From Octopus vulgaris (taxonomy: Eukaryota): a DNA stretch of 64,000 bases. A model generated the notes under the pieces. It was given only the letters and a program-made list of their open reading frames with translations, was not told the origin of the DNA and made no database searches. Location: NCBI GenBank assembly GCA_951406725.2, contig OX597816.1, positions 45,198,001 through 45,262,000 of the forward strand, in the 5' to 3' direction. The position numbers and the translations under genes were made by a program. Below, piece by piece: positions 13,801-26,169 of the stretch (the stretch's first letter is position 1; each line of letters begins with the position of its first letter).

Positions 13801-15238
13801 CACAAACACCTTCAGGTAGATGGCCCTGCTCGATCTGTAGAAAAGGTGTAGGTAGAAACTCTATAAGATGCACCAAGTGTAAGCTATAGACACATAAGAG
13901 ATGCAGCAATGTCAAAGGAAGGCTAACTAGGAAGATGGTTTTTGTATGTGGCAGATGCTCAGGAACAATAAACACTGAAAATGCTCTGAGACCAACTTCC
14001 GTCACTTTCCAGGGAGAAAAACTAGAAATAGTTGATAGTTTCCGTTACCTAGGTGACCAAGTCAGCAGCGGGGGCGGGTGTGCTGAAAGTGTAACTGCTA
14101 GAGTAAGAATAGCTTGGGCAAAGTTCAGAGAGCTCTTACCTCTGCTGGTGACAAAAGGCCTCTCGCACAGAGTGAAAGGCAGACTGTATGATGCGTGTGT
14201 ACGAACAGCCATGCTACATGGCAGTGAAACATGGGCCGTGACTGCTGAGGATATGCGTAAGCTCGCTAGAAATGAAGCCAGTATGCTCCGATGGATGTGT
14301 AATGCCGGTACTCACACTCGGCAGAGTGTAAGTACCTTGAGAGAAAAGCTGGACCTAAGAAGCATCAGTTGTGGTGTGCAAGAGAGACGTTTGCGCTGGT
14401 ATGGTCATGTGGCGAGAATGGATGAAGATAGTTGTGTGAAAAAGTGCCACACCCTAGCGGTTGAGGGAACCTGTGGAAGAGGCAGACCCAGGAAAACCTG
14501 GGACGAGGTGGTGAAGCACGACCTTCGAACTTTAGGTCTCACTGAGGAAATGACTAGAGACCGAGACCTCTGGAAGTGTGCTGTGCGCGAGAAGACCCGG
14601 CAGGACAAGTGAGTCCATAACCCGTGGCCTTCTACATGGGATGGAGCCAGCCTACGTATGCATACCTTCCCTTCTTGGGACACAAAACTCTACTTGTGAA
14701 GACGTGATGAGGCAAGTGAGGATCAGAATCGAAATCGATCAATGGAAATTGCGGATGTGCTACCAGTGCCGGTGGCATGTCAAAACTCTGCTTGTGAAGA
14801 CCCGTTGAGGCAAGTGACGATCAGAATCGAAATCGATCAATGGAAATCGATCAATGGAAATCGATCAATGGAAATTGCAGATGTGTTACCTGTGCCGGTG
14901 GCATGTAAGAGAACTTTCCGTTTCGCGACCGTTGCCAGCACCGCCCCGTTTCGTGTCCGTTGCCAGCCTCGCCTGGCACTCGTGCCGGTGGCACATAAAA
15001 AGCACCATCCGTTCGTGGCCGTTTGCCAGCTCTGTCTGGCACCAGTGCGGGTGGCACGTAAAAAGCACCCACTACACTCACGGAGTGGTTGGCGTTAGGA
15101 AGGGCATCCAGCCGTAGAAACACTGCCAGATTTGACTGGGCCTGATGAAGCCTTCTGGCTTCACAGACCCCAGTAGAACCGTCCAACCCATGCTAGCATG
15201 GAAAACGGACGCTAAACGATGATGATGATGATGATGAT
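10801..15238 (+). mobile_element. Near full-length RTE-clade non-LTR retrotransposon (LINE), antisense in KIF6 intron
   Basis: About 650 nt putative 5' UTR, single APE+RT ORF, 3' UTR with hairpin repeats, (GAT)n tail ending near 15238; 5' boundary approximate. Confidence 0.9.
11445..14612 (+). pseudogene. RTE ORF (apurinic endonuclease + reverse transcriptase + Cys/His finger), 1055 codons with one in-frame TAG at 13887-13889
   Basis: APE motifs (TLNV, QE, SAYAP, GDFNGH, IDYIL), RT motifs (KAPGPSGI, YRGIKLL, QFGF, DMEKAFD, QGSVLSP, YADD, FRYLG); ORFs 11445-13889 and 13935-14612 are in the same frame with 15 sense codons between. Confidence 0.92.
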
Positions 15239-15444
15239 AATAATAAATATTAGGGAATAAATCCAAATTTACAGGGAAAAAAATCAGATTTAGGATTAAA
15301 TCCAATTTTATAGTAAAATATTATATAATATTAATTAGAGACAAAACCACTATTTTGCAAAACAATATTGACTTTTTATTAAAATTTTATGTATTGATTA
15401 AGTCTTTCCTTGTTTGTTTTGCAAAATAGTGGTTTTGTCTCTAA

Positions 15445-15498
<54 letters not shown>

Positions 15499-15650
15499 CT
15501 CGTGTGGCAAGAAGCTGTGCTTCCCAACCACATGGTTTCAGGTTCAGTCCTGGAGCACCTGGAGCAAGTGTCTTCTACTATAACCCCAAGCCAACCAATG
15601 TCTTGTGAGTCAATTTGGTAGATGGAAACTGAAAGACGCCTATCATTTAC

Positions 15651-15692
<42 letters not shown>

Positions 15693-16247
15693 CTTTGTGT
15701 CTGCATTTGTCTCCCTGCCATTGCTTGACAACCAATGGTGGTGTGTTTACATCCCTATAACTTAACAGTTCAGCAAATAAGAACAATAGAATAAGCACTA
15801 GGCTTACAAAGAATAAGTCCTGGGGTTGATTTCTTTGACTAAAAAAAAAAACCCTTTAAGGCGGTACCCCAGCATGACTGCAGTCAAATGACTGAAACAA
15901 GTAGATGAGTAAAAGAATATAAATAATAGATGTTCTGTGTTACCATTGACAGTAATAGTGTGAACAAAGAAAAAGATAGTTTAATACTCTTGGGAGTGTA
16001 AATATGAAATGTGTAACATAATAGTTACAGTATAATGTAGTCTTTCAGATGACAATGGGATTTATCATTTTGTTATCTGAAGGATATCAAGAAACTTCAA
16101 GAGACAGCAGAATAAAGACAACTTTAAATGGATAAACTCTACTACATGAAATGTACCGAGTACTCAATCTTTTTCTGTGTACTTTCAAATGTGTATACAC
16201 ACACATGCACACATATATGTGTATGTATATATAAATATATATGTGTG

Positions 16248-16323
<76 letters not shown>

Positions 16324-16671
16324 CATAGATATATATAAATGCGTGTATGTATGTATGTGTGTGTGTATGTATGTGTGTGTGTGTATTTATATATATACAC
16401 ACACTGCATGCTCTGTGTGCAACTAATGTACACATACAGACATACACACACAGGCATATACATTTATATACATACACTCACAGACACAGATACAACAATA
16501 TAAATACATATGCATACACACACACACACACACACACACATACATATACACAAAAATGTGTACATATATTCTATGCCATTACACACGTGTGTTTAGAAAT
16601 AACACTCGAATATATGTGCATAAATATCTTAAACATAAGGCACATACATATACCCACACATCTACATCACA

Positions 16672-16757
<86 letters not shown>

Positions 16758-16839
16758 CATACGTACACACACACACATACATGTATGATTTCTGCAAAGA
16801 AGGTTGCCATGGGCAACACACTGCAATTTCTGGCATCAC

Positions 16840-16849
16840 AAAAGGATAT
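16840..16849 (-). other. U12-type (minor spliceosome) AT-AC 5' splice site
   Basis: ATATCCTTTT directly after the QRDNEI codons matches the U12 consensus RTATCCTTT; read-through hits TGA within a few codons and no consensus GT donor lies before it. Confidence 0.8.
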
Positions 16850-17003
16850 TGATTTCGTTATCTCTTTGCATAATGATATTCTTCAGTTTGCTTTCCTCTG
16901 CTGAGAAGTACGGACTCACATCGAGATCTTGGTGGTTGGTTGCGGTGGTTTCTTTACTTCTTGTCTCCGACTGGAACCTTGCTGTTTGCTCTTCAAGCCG
17001 TTT
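16850..17003 (-). CDS. KIF6: KIF6-like exon, 154 nt, phase 0-1, followed by U12-type donor
   Basis: ...ataaacag|AAACGG...GAAATCA|atatcctttt; KRLEEQTARFQSETRSKETTATNHQDLDVSPYFSAEESKLKNIIMQRDNEI resembles KIF6 'KLRDILKQRDNEIN'; phase matches upstream exon. Confidence 0.85.
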
Positions 17004-17454
17004 CTGTTTATAGAAAGAGTTGCAATGTAAACCCAACTGACATTTTACTAAAAGAATGCAATGAAGAAGAAGAAGAAAAAAAAAGTCTAAAATATCAGAT
17101 ATTTTAACTGGCTTTTGTGTCTATGCATATAAGAGATTAAGTATGCATATATGCACCTATAGATATCATTGTAAAAAAAGAATTTATACATATATACATA
17201 AATATATATGTATGTATGTAGATATATATGTGTGTGTGTGTGTGTCTATAACACAGATGTATTAGTACATATAGTAAATGTACACACACATATTCACACA
17301 CACATATGTATATGCATGTATAAATACATACATCTACATGTGTGCATGCATAAATGAAAACATATGCATACATAATTATTTGTATATGTATATCATTGTT
17401 TGTGTTTATATTTTTGAGTGTCTACATACATGTGTATATAGAGATAGATGTATA

Positions 17455-17512
<58 letters not shown>

Positions 17513-17534
17513 TATATATGCATATGCATATATA

Positions 17535-17572
<38 letters not shown>

Positions 17573-17634
17573 TATATATGCATATATATATATATATATG
17601 CGTATATATATGTGCATAGATACACACACACACA

Positions 17635-17687
<53 letters not shown>

Positions 17688-18390
17688 CACATGCTTATAA
17701 ATATGTGTGTGTGTATTGTGTGTATGTGTGTGAGTGTATATTTATATATGTAGATAGACAGACAGAGAAAAATATAGATACAGAAATACAGATATGTAAA
17801 AATACAAACATTGACACACATGTATGTGTGTGTGTGTGTGTGTGTGTGCGCGCGCAGTAATACCAGAAATTAGGACTGATCTGACTTGTTTCAGTACTAC
17901 TCAGACTTTTATAATCATATGACGGGCTTACAGAGGAATTATTTATTCGGACAAAATGAGGCCCATAGCCATTGATATTTTTGAGACTTAAATGCTTGAG
18001 CAGTTAAAGCAGCCAAAATTTTCAACCTGTTTTACGTTGAAAAGGATTAGATCCAGCTTCTCACATCTACCCTACAATGTCATTCTGAACATCAACATTC
18101 ACATCATTGGTATCTTGAGGCCACAAGATAACGCACAATTAATGTGAATGAAGGTGAATAAGTAAACATCTTTTATTCATTATCATTAATGTTGAATATT
18201 AATTTTAAAGGATTTAACATTTAAAATATAAATGCTTGATAAGATATTTAGACATAGGGATAGAAATAAACATGATAATGTAAGAAACTTTTGAGATGTT
18301 GACTGCACAGAAGTAGCCCAGGAGAAGAAAGTGGAGAAGCACAAAAGTAGGGAGAATGGAAAAGAGAACGAGATAAATAAGATAGAGGAA

Positions 18391-18555
18391 GGCACAGGAG
18401 TGGCTGTGTGGTAAGTAGCTTGCTAACGAACCGCATGGTTCCGGGTTCAGTCCCACTGCGTGGCATCTTGGGCAAGTGTCTTTTGCTATAGCCCTGGGCC
18501 GACCAATGCCTTGTGAGTGGATTTGGTAGACAGAAACTGAAAGAAGCCTGTCGTA

Positions 18556-18604
<49 letters not shown>

Positions 18605-18810
18605 TTGTGTGTCTGTGTTTGTCCACCTAGCATTGCTTGACAACCGATGCTGGTGTGTTTACGTCCCCGTCACTTAGCGGTTCGGCAAAAAGAGACCAAT
18701 AGAATAAGTACTAGGCTTACAAAGAATAAGTCCCGGGGTCGATTTGCTCGACTAAATGCGGTGCTCCAGCATGGCCGCAGTCAAATGACTGAAAAAGTAA
18801 AAGAGAGTAA
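18391..18810 (+). mobile_element. tRNA-derived CORE-like SINE (family A)
   Basis: A box ggctgtgtgg, B box gggttcagtccc, cttgggcaagt core, internal (TA)n/(TG)n, (agtaaaag)n tail; more than 15 copies in window. Confidence 0.85.
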
Positions 18811-19149
18811 AGAGAAAGAGAGAAAGATAAAGGTAGAATGGTGGGGGGCGGAAGGAGCTGATGATGGAAAGGTATTAAGGAGTAGGCAGTTTACTGAGTA
18901 AAGGTAACAGTAAAGATGAGAGATATGACTATAATTCTCTTTTCTCCTTTCCTTGTTTCAGTCATTTGACTGTGGCCATGCTGGAGCACCGTCTTTAGTC
19001 GAACAAATCGACCCCAGGACTTATTCTTCGTAAGCCTAGTACTTATTCTATTGGTCACTTTTGCCGAACTGCTAAGTTACGGGGACGTAAACACACCAGC
19101 ATCAGTTGTCAAGCGATGTTGGGGGGGACAAACACAGACAGACACACAA

Positions 19150-19208
<59 letters not shown>

Positions 19209-19210
<2 letters not shown>

Positions 19211-19422
19211 GGAGTAAACACATAAATGTGAAACAAGGTAGAAAAAACAGTACTCAAATACCAGTGGTAGAGTAATATGCTTTATTTAAAGCACCAGAAA
19301 ATTCAACAAAACCTGTTACTCTGAGTTTCATGTTCCCGTTCGTTGGACAGTTTTGTCCGACGAACATGAATGTGAAACTCAGAGTAACAGGTTTTGTTGA
19401 ATTTTCTGCTGCTTTAAATAAA

Positions 19423-19423
<1 letters not shown>
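19209..19423. mobile_element. Small fold-back element in the (TA)n tract of a SINE
   Basis: Palindrome 19280-19423 plus one-sided extension; same family recurs inverted at about 27527-27690. Confidence 0.65.
19353..19390 (+). ncRNA. Minimal hammerhead-like motif with U4C variant, inside a palindrome
   Basis: ttgt-CCGACGA-aca tgaa tgt-GAAAC-tcaga-GTA-acag; degenerate inverted copy at about 19313-19350. Confidence 0.5.
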
Positions 19424-19469
<46 letters not shown>

Positions 19470-20429
19470 TACCACAGGCTTCTTTCGGTTTCCGTCTACC
19501 AAATCCACTCACAAGGCTTTGGTCGGCCCTAAGCTATAGTAGAAGACACTTGCCCAGGGTGCCACACAGTGGGACTGAACCCGGAACCATGTGGTTGGTA
19601 AGCAAGCTACTTACCACACAGCCACTCCTACGCCTATGATAAAGAAAAGCATATAGTAATGAGAAAAGGCTGTAAGAATGAACAAGAAAATATAAGCTGT
19701 ATTAGTAAGTAATTGACTGAAGAGAGAGATAGAAAGAAGCAAGGAAGTTTAGGGGTGGAAGAGATGAACGCATGAAAATATATGCAGAGTGAATGTGTTA
19801 AATTTTGCATAAGGCAGCTGCAGAAACCATGTCAAGGCAGAGAGACAGTCAAGCTTGGTGCAGTCCTCTTGGCTCACCAGCTCCCGTCAAACCATATGAC
19901 CATGCCAGCAGGGAAGATGGACATTATATGACGATGATGATAACGATAACAATGACAGTGGTGGTGGTGGTGGTGGTGGTAGTAGTGCTGATGATGATGA
20001 TGACTGAAGAAAGGAATAAAGAGAAAATATCACTGAAATATAAAGGAGAGAAAAGAAAAATGGTAAGGTGCAATAAATATATATATTGACTGTACAGAGA
20101 GAACAGCTGTTCTTTGCTTTAGTGAAGCAAAAACATTCTATAGATAAAGTTAAATATGAGTTGTTGTTTTTCCAAATATGATTAAAAGAAAAGTCGGTAT
20201 TCCAATAGTTTTCAGTTCCTCTATGAAACACATTTAAACAACATTTAGCTAAAAGTGTGTCTTTAACAAAAAAATGTGTCTTTAACAAAAAGTGCAGATT
20301 AGAAAGAAGTCTAGATACTCATAAGATATCTACATAACTTTAAGGATAGGCCAAAAAAGATAAAAGGATTTCAAAGAAATTCCACCAATACTGAATATAT
20401 TGTAGTTCTAACTACTATACATTCAGCCT

Positions 20430-21025
20430 ATAATAGATTTACTTTGAAGACATTTTCAGATGTGTTCTTTTCTAGAGTTATACAAACAGGACAATCAAGA
20501 TCCCATAGAATATGGTTTTACAAATTCTTCACTTAAAGCATGTGATGTATGATATTTATCATCCTTCAGTTTCTAAATGTACTGTGAAAGAGTAGTGATG
20601 GAAGGGAGTTGGCATTTCTATTCTCTTGGTTCCATAAAGAATATGTTTATTGTATACACCAACTCTTAAAGGTGCATTCAGTTAAGCCGAAATAAATTTG
20701 TTCACGGTAGTCTACAAATTTCGTTTTAGCACAATAGACCTCATGGTGAGATGATATTGGTACAGCTACATTGGAATTGATTACATGATGCAAATCTGTT
20801 ACTGTATTTTATTCCGTAGAAGATGGAAATCAGATTCTTGATGTATCTAGAACAGATGTAACTTACATGCAAGCATAACATCATCACTCGGTTTAATTCA
20901 CCCTGTAGTCTGGGTGTAGCAGCCAATATCACAAAAGCTTATATAAATCTAGAACAGAAGTATTTTCCCACTGGCCATAGACACCAGAAAAAGCTTCAAC
21001 AAAAATTCTCTGAAACTTCTTTACT
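20430..21025. mobile_element. Decayed Penelope-like (GIY-YIG) retroelement fragment with internal inversion
   Basis: Plus 20871-21025: NIITRFNSPCSLGVAANITKAYINLEQKYFPTGHRHQK/FNKNSLKLLY; minus from 20866: VSYICSRYIKNLIS...CSC...YFGLTECTFK...KPYS; resembles the PLE linker and GIY-YIG region. Confidence 0.65.
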
Positions 21026-23099
21026 AATCTTGGCTTTATATTTTACCATCTCCATTTGCTCCTAATATCAAATATATTTCAATTTTGTTGTTTATTATTC
21101 TTTTAATCCTATAAAACTTCCTAATTACCATCCCCATCGCACACAGTCACACACACACGAATTCAAAAATACACTTTCAGTAACATACATTCAAACTTAC
21201 TGACAATATACTAAGCTCATCTCAAGGAAAAGATATCAAATCTAATTTCAAAGAAAAAGAAACCTCTGGAATTTATTTCCAATTCACTATATGCCTGCCT
21301 CATCAAGTAACACATCCAAACACACAAATTCACAAACACATCCAAAGCTAAATGACAAACATTTAAAATTCTTCAAACAGGTACGGCTGTGTGGTTAAGA
21401 AGTTTGCTTTGCAACCATGTAGCTCTAAATTCAGTCCCACTGTGCTGTACCTTGGGCAAGCGTCTTAAATTATAACCCCTGGCCAACCAATATCTTGAGA
21501 GTGAAGCTGATAGATAGAAACTGTGTACAAGCTCATCATGATCATCATCATTCACATTTAATGTCCATCTTCAATGTTGGCATGGGTTGGACAGTTTGAC
21601 AGGAGCTGGCCACTTGAAGAGCTTCCCAGGCTCCATGTCTATTTTGGTAAGGTTTCTATAGCTGGATGCCCTTCCTAATGCCAATATATCTATATTTATG
21701 TATGTGTGAGTCTTTGTGTTTGTATTTGTCTCTCCCATCTCAGCACTTGAAAACAAGTGTTGGTTTGTTTTCATCCCTGTGGCTTAAAGGTTCTACAAAA
21801 GTGGCTGAAAGAAGAAGTACTGGTCTTAAAAAATAAATAAGTACTTGGGGTTGAAAACCCTTCAAGGAATTGCCCCAGCATGGTCATGGTCTAACGACTG
21901 AAGAAAGCAAAAGTAACAAAGTAAAGCATAAAGCCAAAATCAGAATCAAAAGTATCCCTAATAAGGTAAAATTAAACCAATCAGCTTCCCCCACACCACT
22001 GTTTAGGAGCCTCCCAGCCCCTACACACCATCCCTGAACACTGTGTAAGCTTTCTGCTTACCAAACACTTTATCAACTGATAAAGTGTTAGGAGGCAGAA
22101 TTTATTGACCCCCGAAAGGATGAAAGGCAAAGTTAACCTCAGCAGAATTTGAACTCAGAACAAAAAGACAGATGAAATGCCATTAAGCATTTCGCCCAGC
22201 ATGCTAACAATTCTGCCTGCTCACTGGCTTGATAATAATAATAATAATAATAATAATAATATATTCATGTATGTATGTATAAATAGCCAGATAAGTACAG
22301 ATAGATCTATATTTGTCTATATGCGCATGCACACTTACACTCACACACACACACACACACATGCACACAGACGCATACACACTCAAATAGGTACACACAT
22401 ATCATCATCATCATCATTTTTAAGCCCACTTTTCCGTATTCGCATGAGATGGATGGAATTTTGATGAGGAAGATTTTCTACAGGTGGACGCTCTTCCTCT
22501 CCTCAACCCTCGCCCAATTCTAAGAAAGGTAATAGTTTCTCCACAACTGCATAATGTTTTCACAGAAGATTGAAAATGAGAGACATCATTTGCATGTATT
22601 GTGTGCTGCCGAAGCCAAGAGACAGCAACATGCATGCACAGGCACACACACACACAAGATGGGCTTCTTTCAACTTACATCTGCCAAATCTATTCAGAAG
22701 GCTCCGGTTGGCCTGGGGTTATAGCAGAAGATGCTTGCCTAAAGTGCCACACAGTGGGACGGAACCCAGAACCATGTGGTTGGGAAGCAAACTTCTCACT
22801 ACATAGCCATGCCTGTAGAAAATTCTTGTGTTAGCGTATAGATGGGTGTGCGCATATAAATATGTGTGTGTGTGTGTGTTTCAAAAATTTTACAAAAACA
22901 TTACAAACTGAAAATTCATACCATATTCCTCATCAAATTTCGGGCCTTTAACATTGAAATTGTTCACTTTTGGTGTTGCCTGTGGCAGAAAGCCACTGGG
23001 AATAGCTAACAAATATGTGTGTTTGTGTGTGTATATATATATATGTATATATATAGATATATATATGGGTGTGTGTGATTGTGTATAGAAGAATATATT

Positions 23100-23418
23100 A
23101 ATAAAAGGAATTCCAACCTTGTCTGATTTTCACGTTTGATTTACAATCTTATAATGATATAATATAAGATAATATAATATAATAGAATAAAATAAAATAA
23201 TTTTTGACTGTCAAAAATTGTGAAGCATGACTGTCACCGCTACTACATGAACCTGAAGATTGCATAATTTAATGCATGAAAGTACTAGTTCAATCAGAAT
23301 GAACATTTAACATTCTACTATTTTATTTTATTCTATTATATTATATTATCTTATATTATATCATTATAAGATTGTAAATAAAACGTAAAAATCAGACAAG
23401 GTTGGAATTCCTTTTATT
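23100..23418. mobile_element. Fold-back element with about 100-bp inverted arms and central hammerhead, next to (TA)n
   Basis: Arms 23100-23199 / 23319-23418 (aataaaaggaattccaaccttgtctgatttt...). Confidence 0.7.
23248..23292 (+). ncRNA. Minimal type I hammerhead ribozyme motif
   Basis: tgaac-CTGAAGA-t-tgcat aattta atgca-t-GAA-AGTACT-A-gttca; intact core, perfect 5-bp stem I, palindromic stem III AGTACT. Confidence 0.75.
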
Positions 23419-23419
<1 letters not shown>

Positions 23420-23480
<61 letters not shown>

Positions 23481-23541
23481 CACACACATATATATATATG
23501 TATATATATATATACATATATATATTTATATACACACATAC

Positions 23542-23596
<55 letters not shown>

Positions 23597-23605
23597 CACG
23601 TAACA

Positions 23606-23637
<32 letters not shown>

Positions 23638-23649
23638 CATATATATGTA

Positions 23650-23703
<54 letters not shown>

Positions 23704-23735
23704 TGTATGTATATATATATATGTATATATATATG

Positions 23736-23781
<46 letters not shown>

Positions 23782-23847
23782 CATATATATATATATATAT
23801 GTATGTATATATATATATATATATACATATATATATACATATATATA

Positions 23848-23884
<37 letters not shown>
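23420..23884. repeat. Long compound (TA)n/(TATG)n microsatellite (others at 915-1700, 16200-16780, 17440-17680, 30420-30780, 47510-47920, 48470-48940)
   Basis: Seen directly. Confidence 0.95.
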
Positions 23885-23888
<4 letters not shown>

Positions 23889-24552
23889 GTGTTCTATTTA
23901 AAAACTGCTACAAATTGGTTAGTTTAAAAGATGCTGTTTACCTAACCAGCTTCTTATTTAGTGATTTCCTTCGGAAAAACAGTGATATTGCACAAACAAA
24001 TTAAAATTATTCTTACTATATATGGTATCATTATAGATAATTTTAAAAAATTTAATCTTTGCAATCAATAAAGTAAGTATTTACATTTTGGATTAATGTA
24101 TTTAATATCCTTCCATAGCTAATGTTGGCACTAAATCAATAGGACCTATGCCGTCCAGTACAGCTGCTGTACATTCTGTTATTATTTTGGTTGTTTTAGT
24201 TATCAGAGAATAGTCATTCTGGTGCAATGCATCAAAGAGTATAGTCAAATCCAGTACTTAACATTTATATCTGAAAATTAGTCTGTGGATCTGTTTCTGC
24301 CAAGCTGATAACTTACAGAGGATGTAAAACAACCAATAATACTAGTTGTCAAGTGAAGTCTCGGTCACAGCTGGTGCCAGTGACTCATAAAAGACACCCA
24401 GGGCACTTTGTAAAATGGTTGGCATTAGGAAGGGTATCCAGTCATATATAGCAAACCAAAACAAACAAACTGGAGCCTGGCACAGCTCTCCAGCTTGCCA
24501 GTTCTGGTGAAAAATCCATCTAACCCATGTGAGCATGGAAAACAAATGGTAA

Positions 24553-24560
24553 ATGATGAA

Positions 24561-24609
<49 letters not shown>

Positions 24610-24840
24610 ATCATGATGCTCATGATAATGACGATAAAAATGATGATTATGATGATGACAATGATGATGACAACAATGATGACAATGATGATGACAACGA
24701 TGATGACGATGATGATGGTAATAACGATGATGATGACAACAATGACAACAAAAACAATGTTGATGATGACAATGATGATGACAACGGTGATGACAATGAC
24801 AACGAGGATGATGATGGTGATGATGATGATGACAATGATA
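24553..24840 (+). repeat. Expanded degenerate (GAT/GAC/AAT)n tract from an RTE-type tail
   Basis: Directly follows a diverged RTE 3' end (ccatgtgagcatggaaaac). Confidence 0.85.
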
Positions 24841-25478
24841 ATATATATAAATGCTTGTTTATCCATCAAAGTGATGAGGACCATCAAGTCATCCTTAAGG
24901 AGGAATGATGACTTGGCATGGTAACTTTGATGAAAGTGTAAAAGAGTTGCACACCGCCAACCTCACGCTCTTGTCTTTAACCCTCTTCTATTCTGGAGCA
25001 AAACCAGGTAAAGACAACTAAAGACAGAGGCTGATTCATTCAATGACCAAGACATCTTACTTGCCTCATCTTGATCCCTTCACTCCCCGATGCATTGCTG
25101 CAGTCACCTTTCTCTCTGTTGAGCCCTGAAGGCTTCTTTCTCAGAGTCCGTTGGATCCAGTCCTCATGTGTATAGGTAGTCAAGCCTTCACATGCTAATT
25201 AACTCATGGCAGGGACCCTGACAGGTTCTACAACACCGGGTCATAGTAAACCTGAGAACAATAGTGGTCAAGAAATGGTCCTACTCTCCTCAACACTCTG
25301 GACCTCCCAAACCAGGACCCCACTATAAAATGCAGGACACAGTGAAACATAAAAAGAAAAAAACATTCACACACACAAATCCCTACACATTTTTCTTTTG
25401 TTCTTCCTTTATTTTTTTCCTCTCAATCCTTTCTGTCAAGCTCAGAATGTCAAAGACTTTTCCATTTTTTCTGAGCAT

Positions 25479-25534
<56 letters not shown>

Positions 25535-26169
25535 TACACAAACAACAGGTTTCGTTCAGTTTCCATCTTCCCAATCCACACACAAGGTATTGGTCAGCCT
25601 GGGGCTATAATGAAAGACATTAGCCCAAGGGGCCAAGCAGTGGAACTGAACCCAGGACCATGAGGGTGAGAAGCTATCTTCTTACCAAACAGTCAAGGCC
25701 ACACTGTACATGTACAATAATAAAAAAAATTTCTATAGTCTCACCAACATTCTTTTTCAATAAAAGATGGCAGAAGCAAAGAAAACTGCTGGAATGAGGC
25801 CTTAATTAATTAGCAAGGAAAGACAAACAGAAGAAATTCTGTAATTATGGCTGGGGATAAATAGGTTCCTTTACAACTATATGATTCTAGGTTTGATCTT
25901 GGTGTGCAGCAGCCTGGATATTTCATTACTAGCTCTACTAATTAAGTGAAGATGCATGGCTCAGTGGTTAGAGTGTCAGGCTCACAATCATGAGGGCCAG
26001 TCTGGTGGTACTGGCAATGGCCAAGCTTGAAATGGTGTTTTTTACATGCCACCTGCACAGGAATCAGTCCAGCAGCACTGGCAACTATCTCGCTCAAATG
26101 TTTTGTTCCCATGCCAGTAAGGCGACGCTGGTAACGATCACGCTCAAATGGTGCTTTTAATAATAATAA

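Larger units (their letters stand above)
18945..19635 (-). mobile_element. Family A SINE interrupted by a fold-back element
   Basis: Reverse complement of 18391-18810 type, split at its (TA)n. Confidence 0.8.

Noticed and set aside
24342-24924. Poly-Asp ORF resembling an acidic biomineralisation protein
   Set aside because: It is the expanded (GAT)n tail of a diverged RTE 3' end
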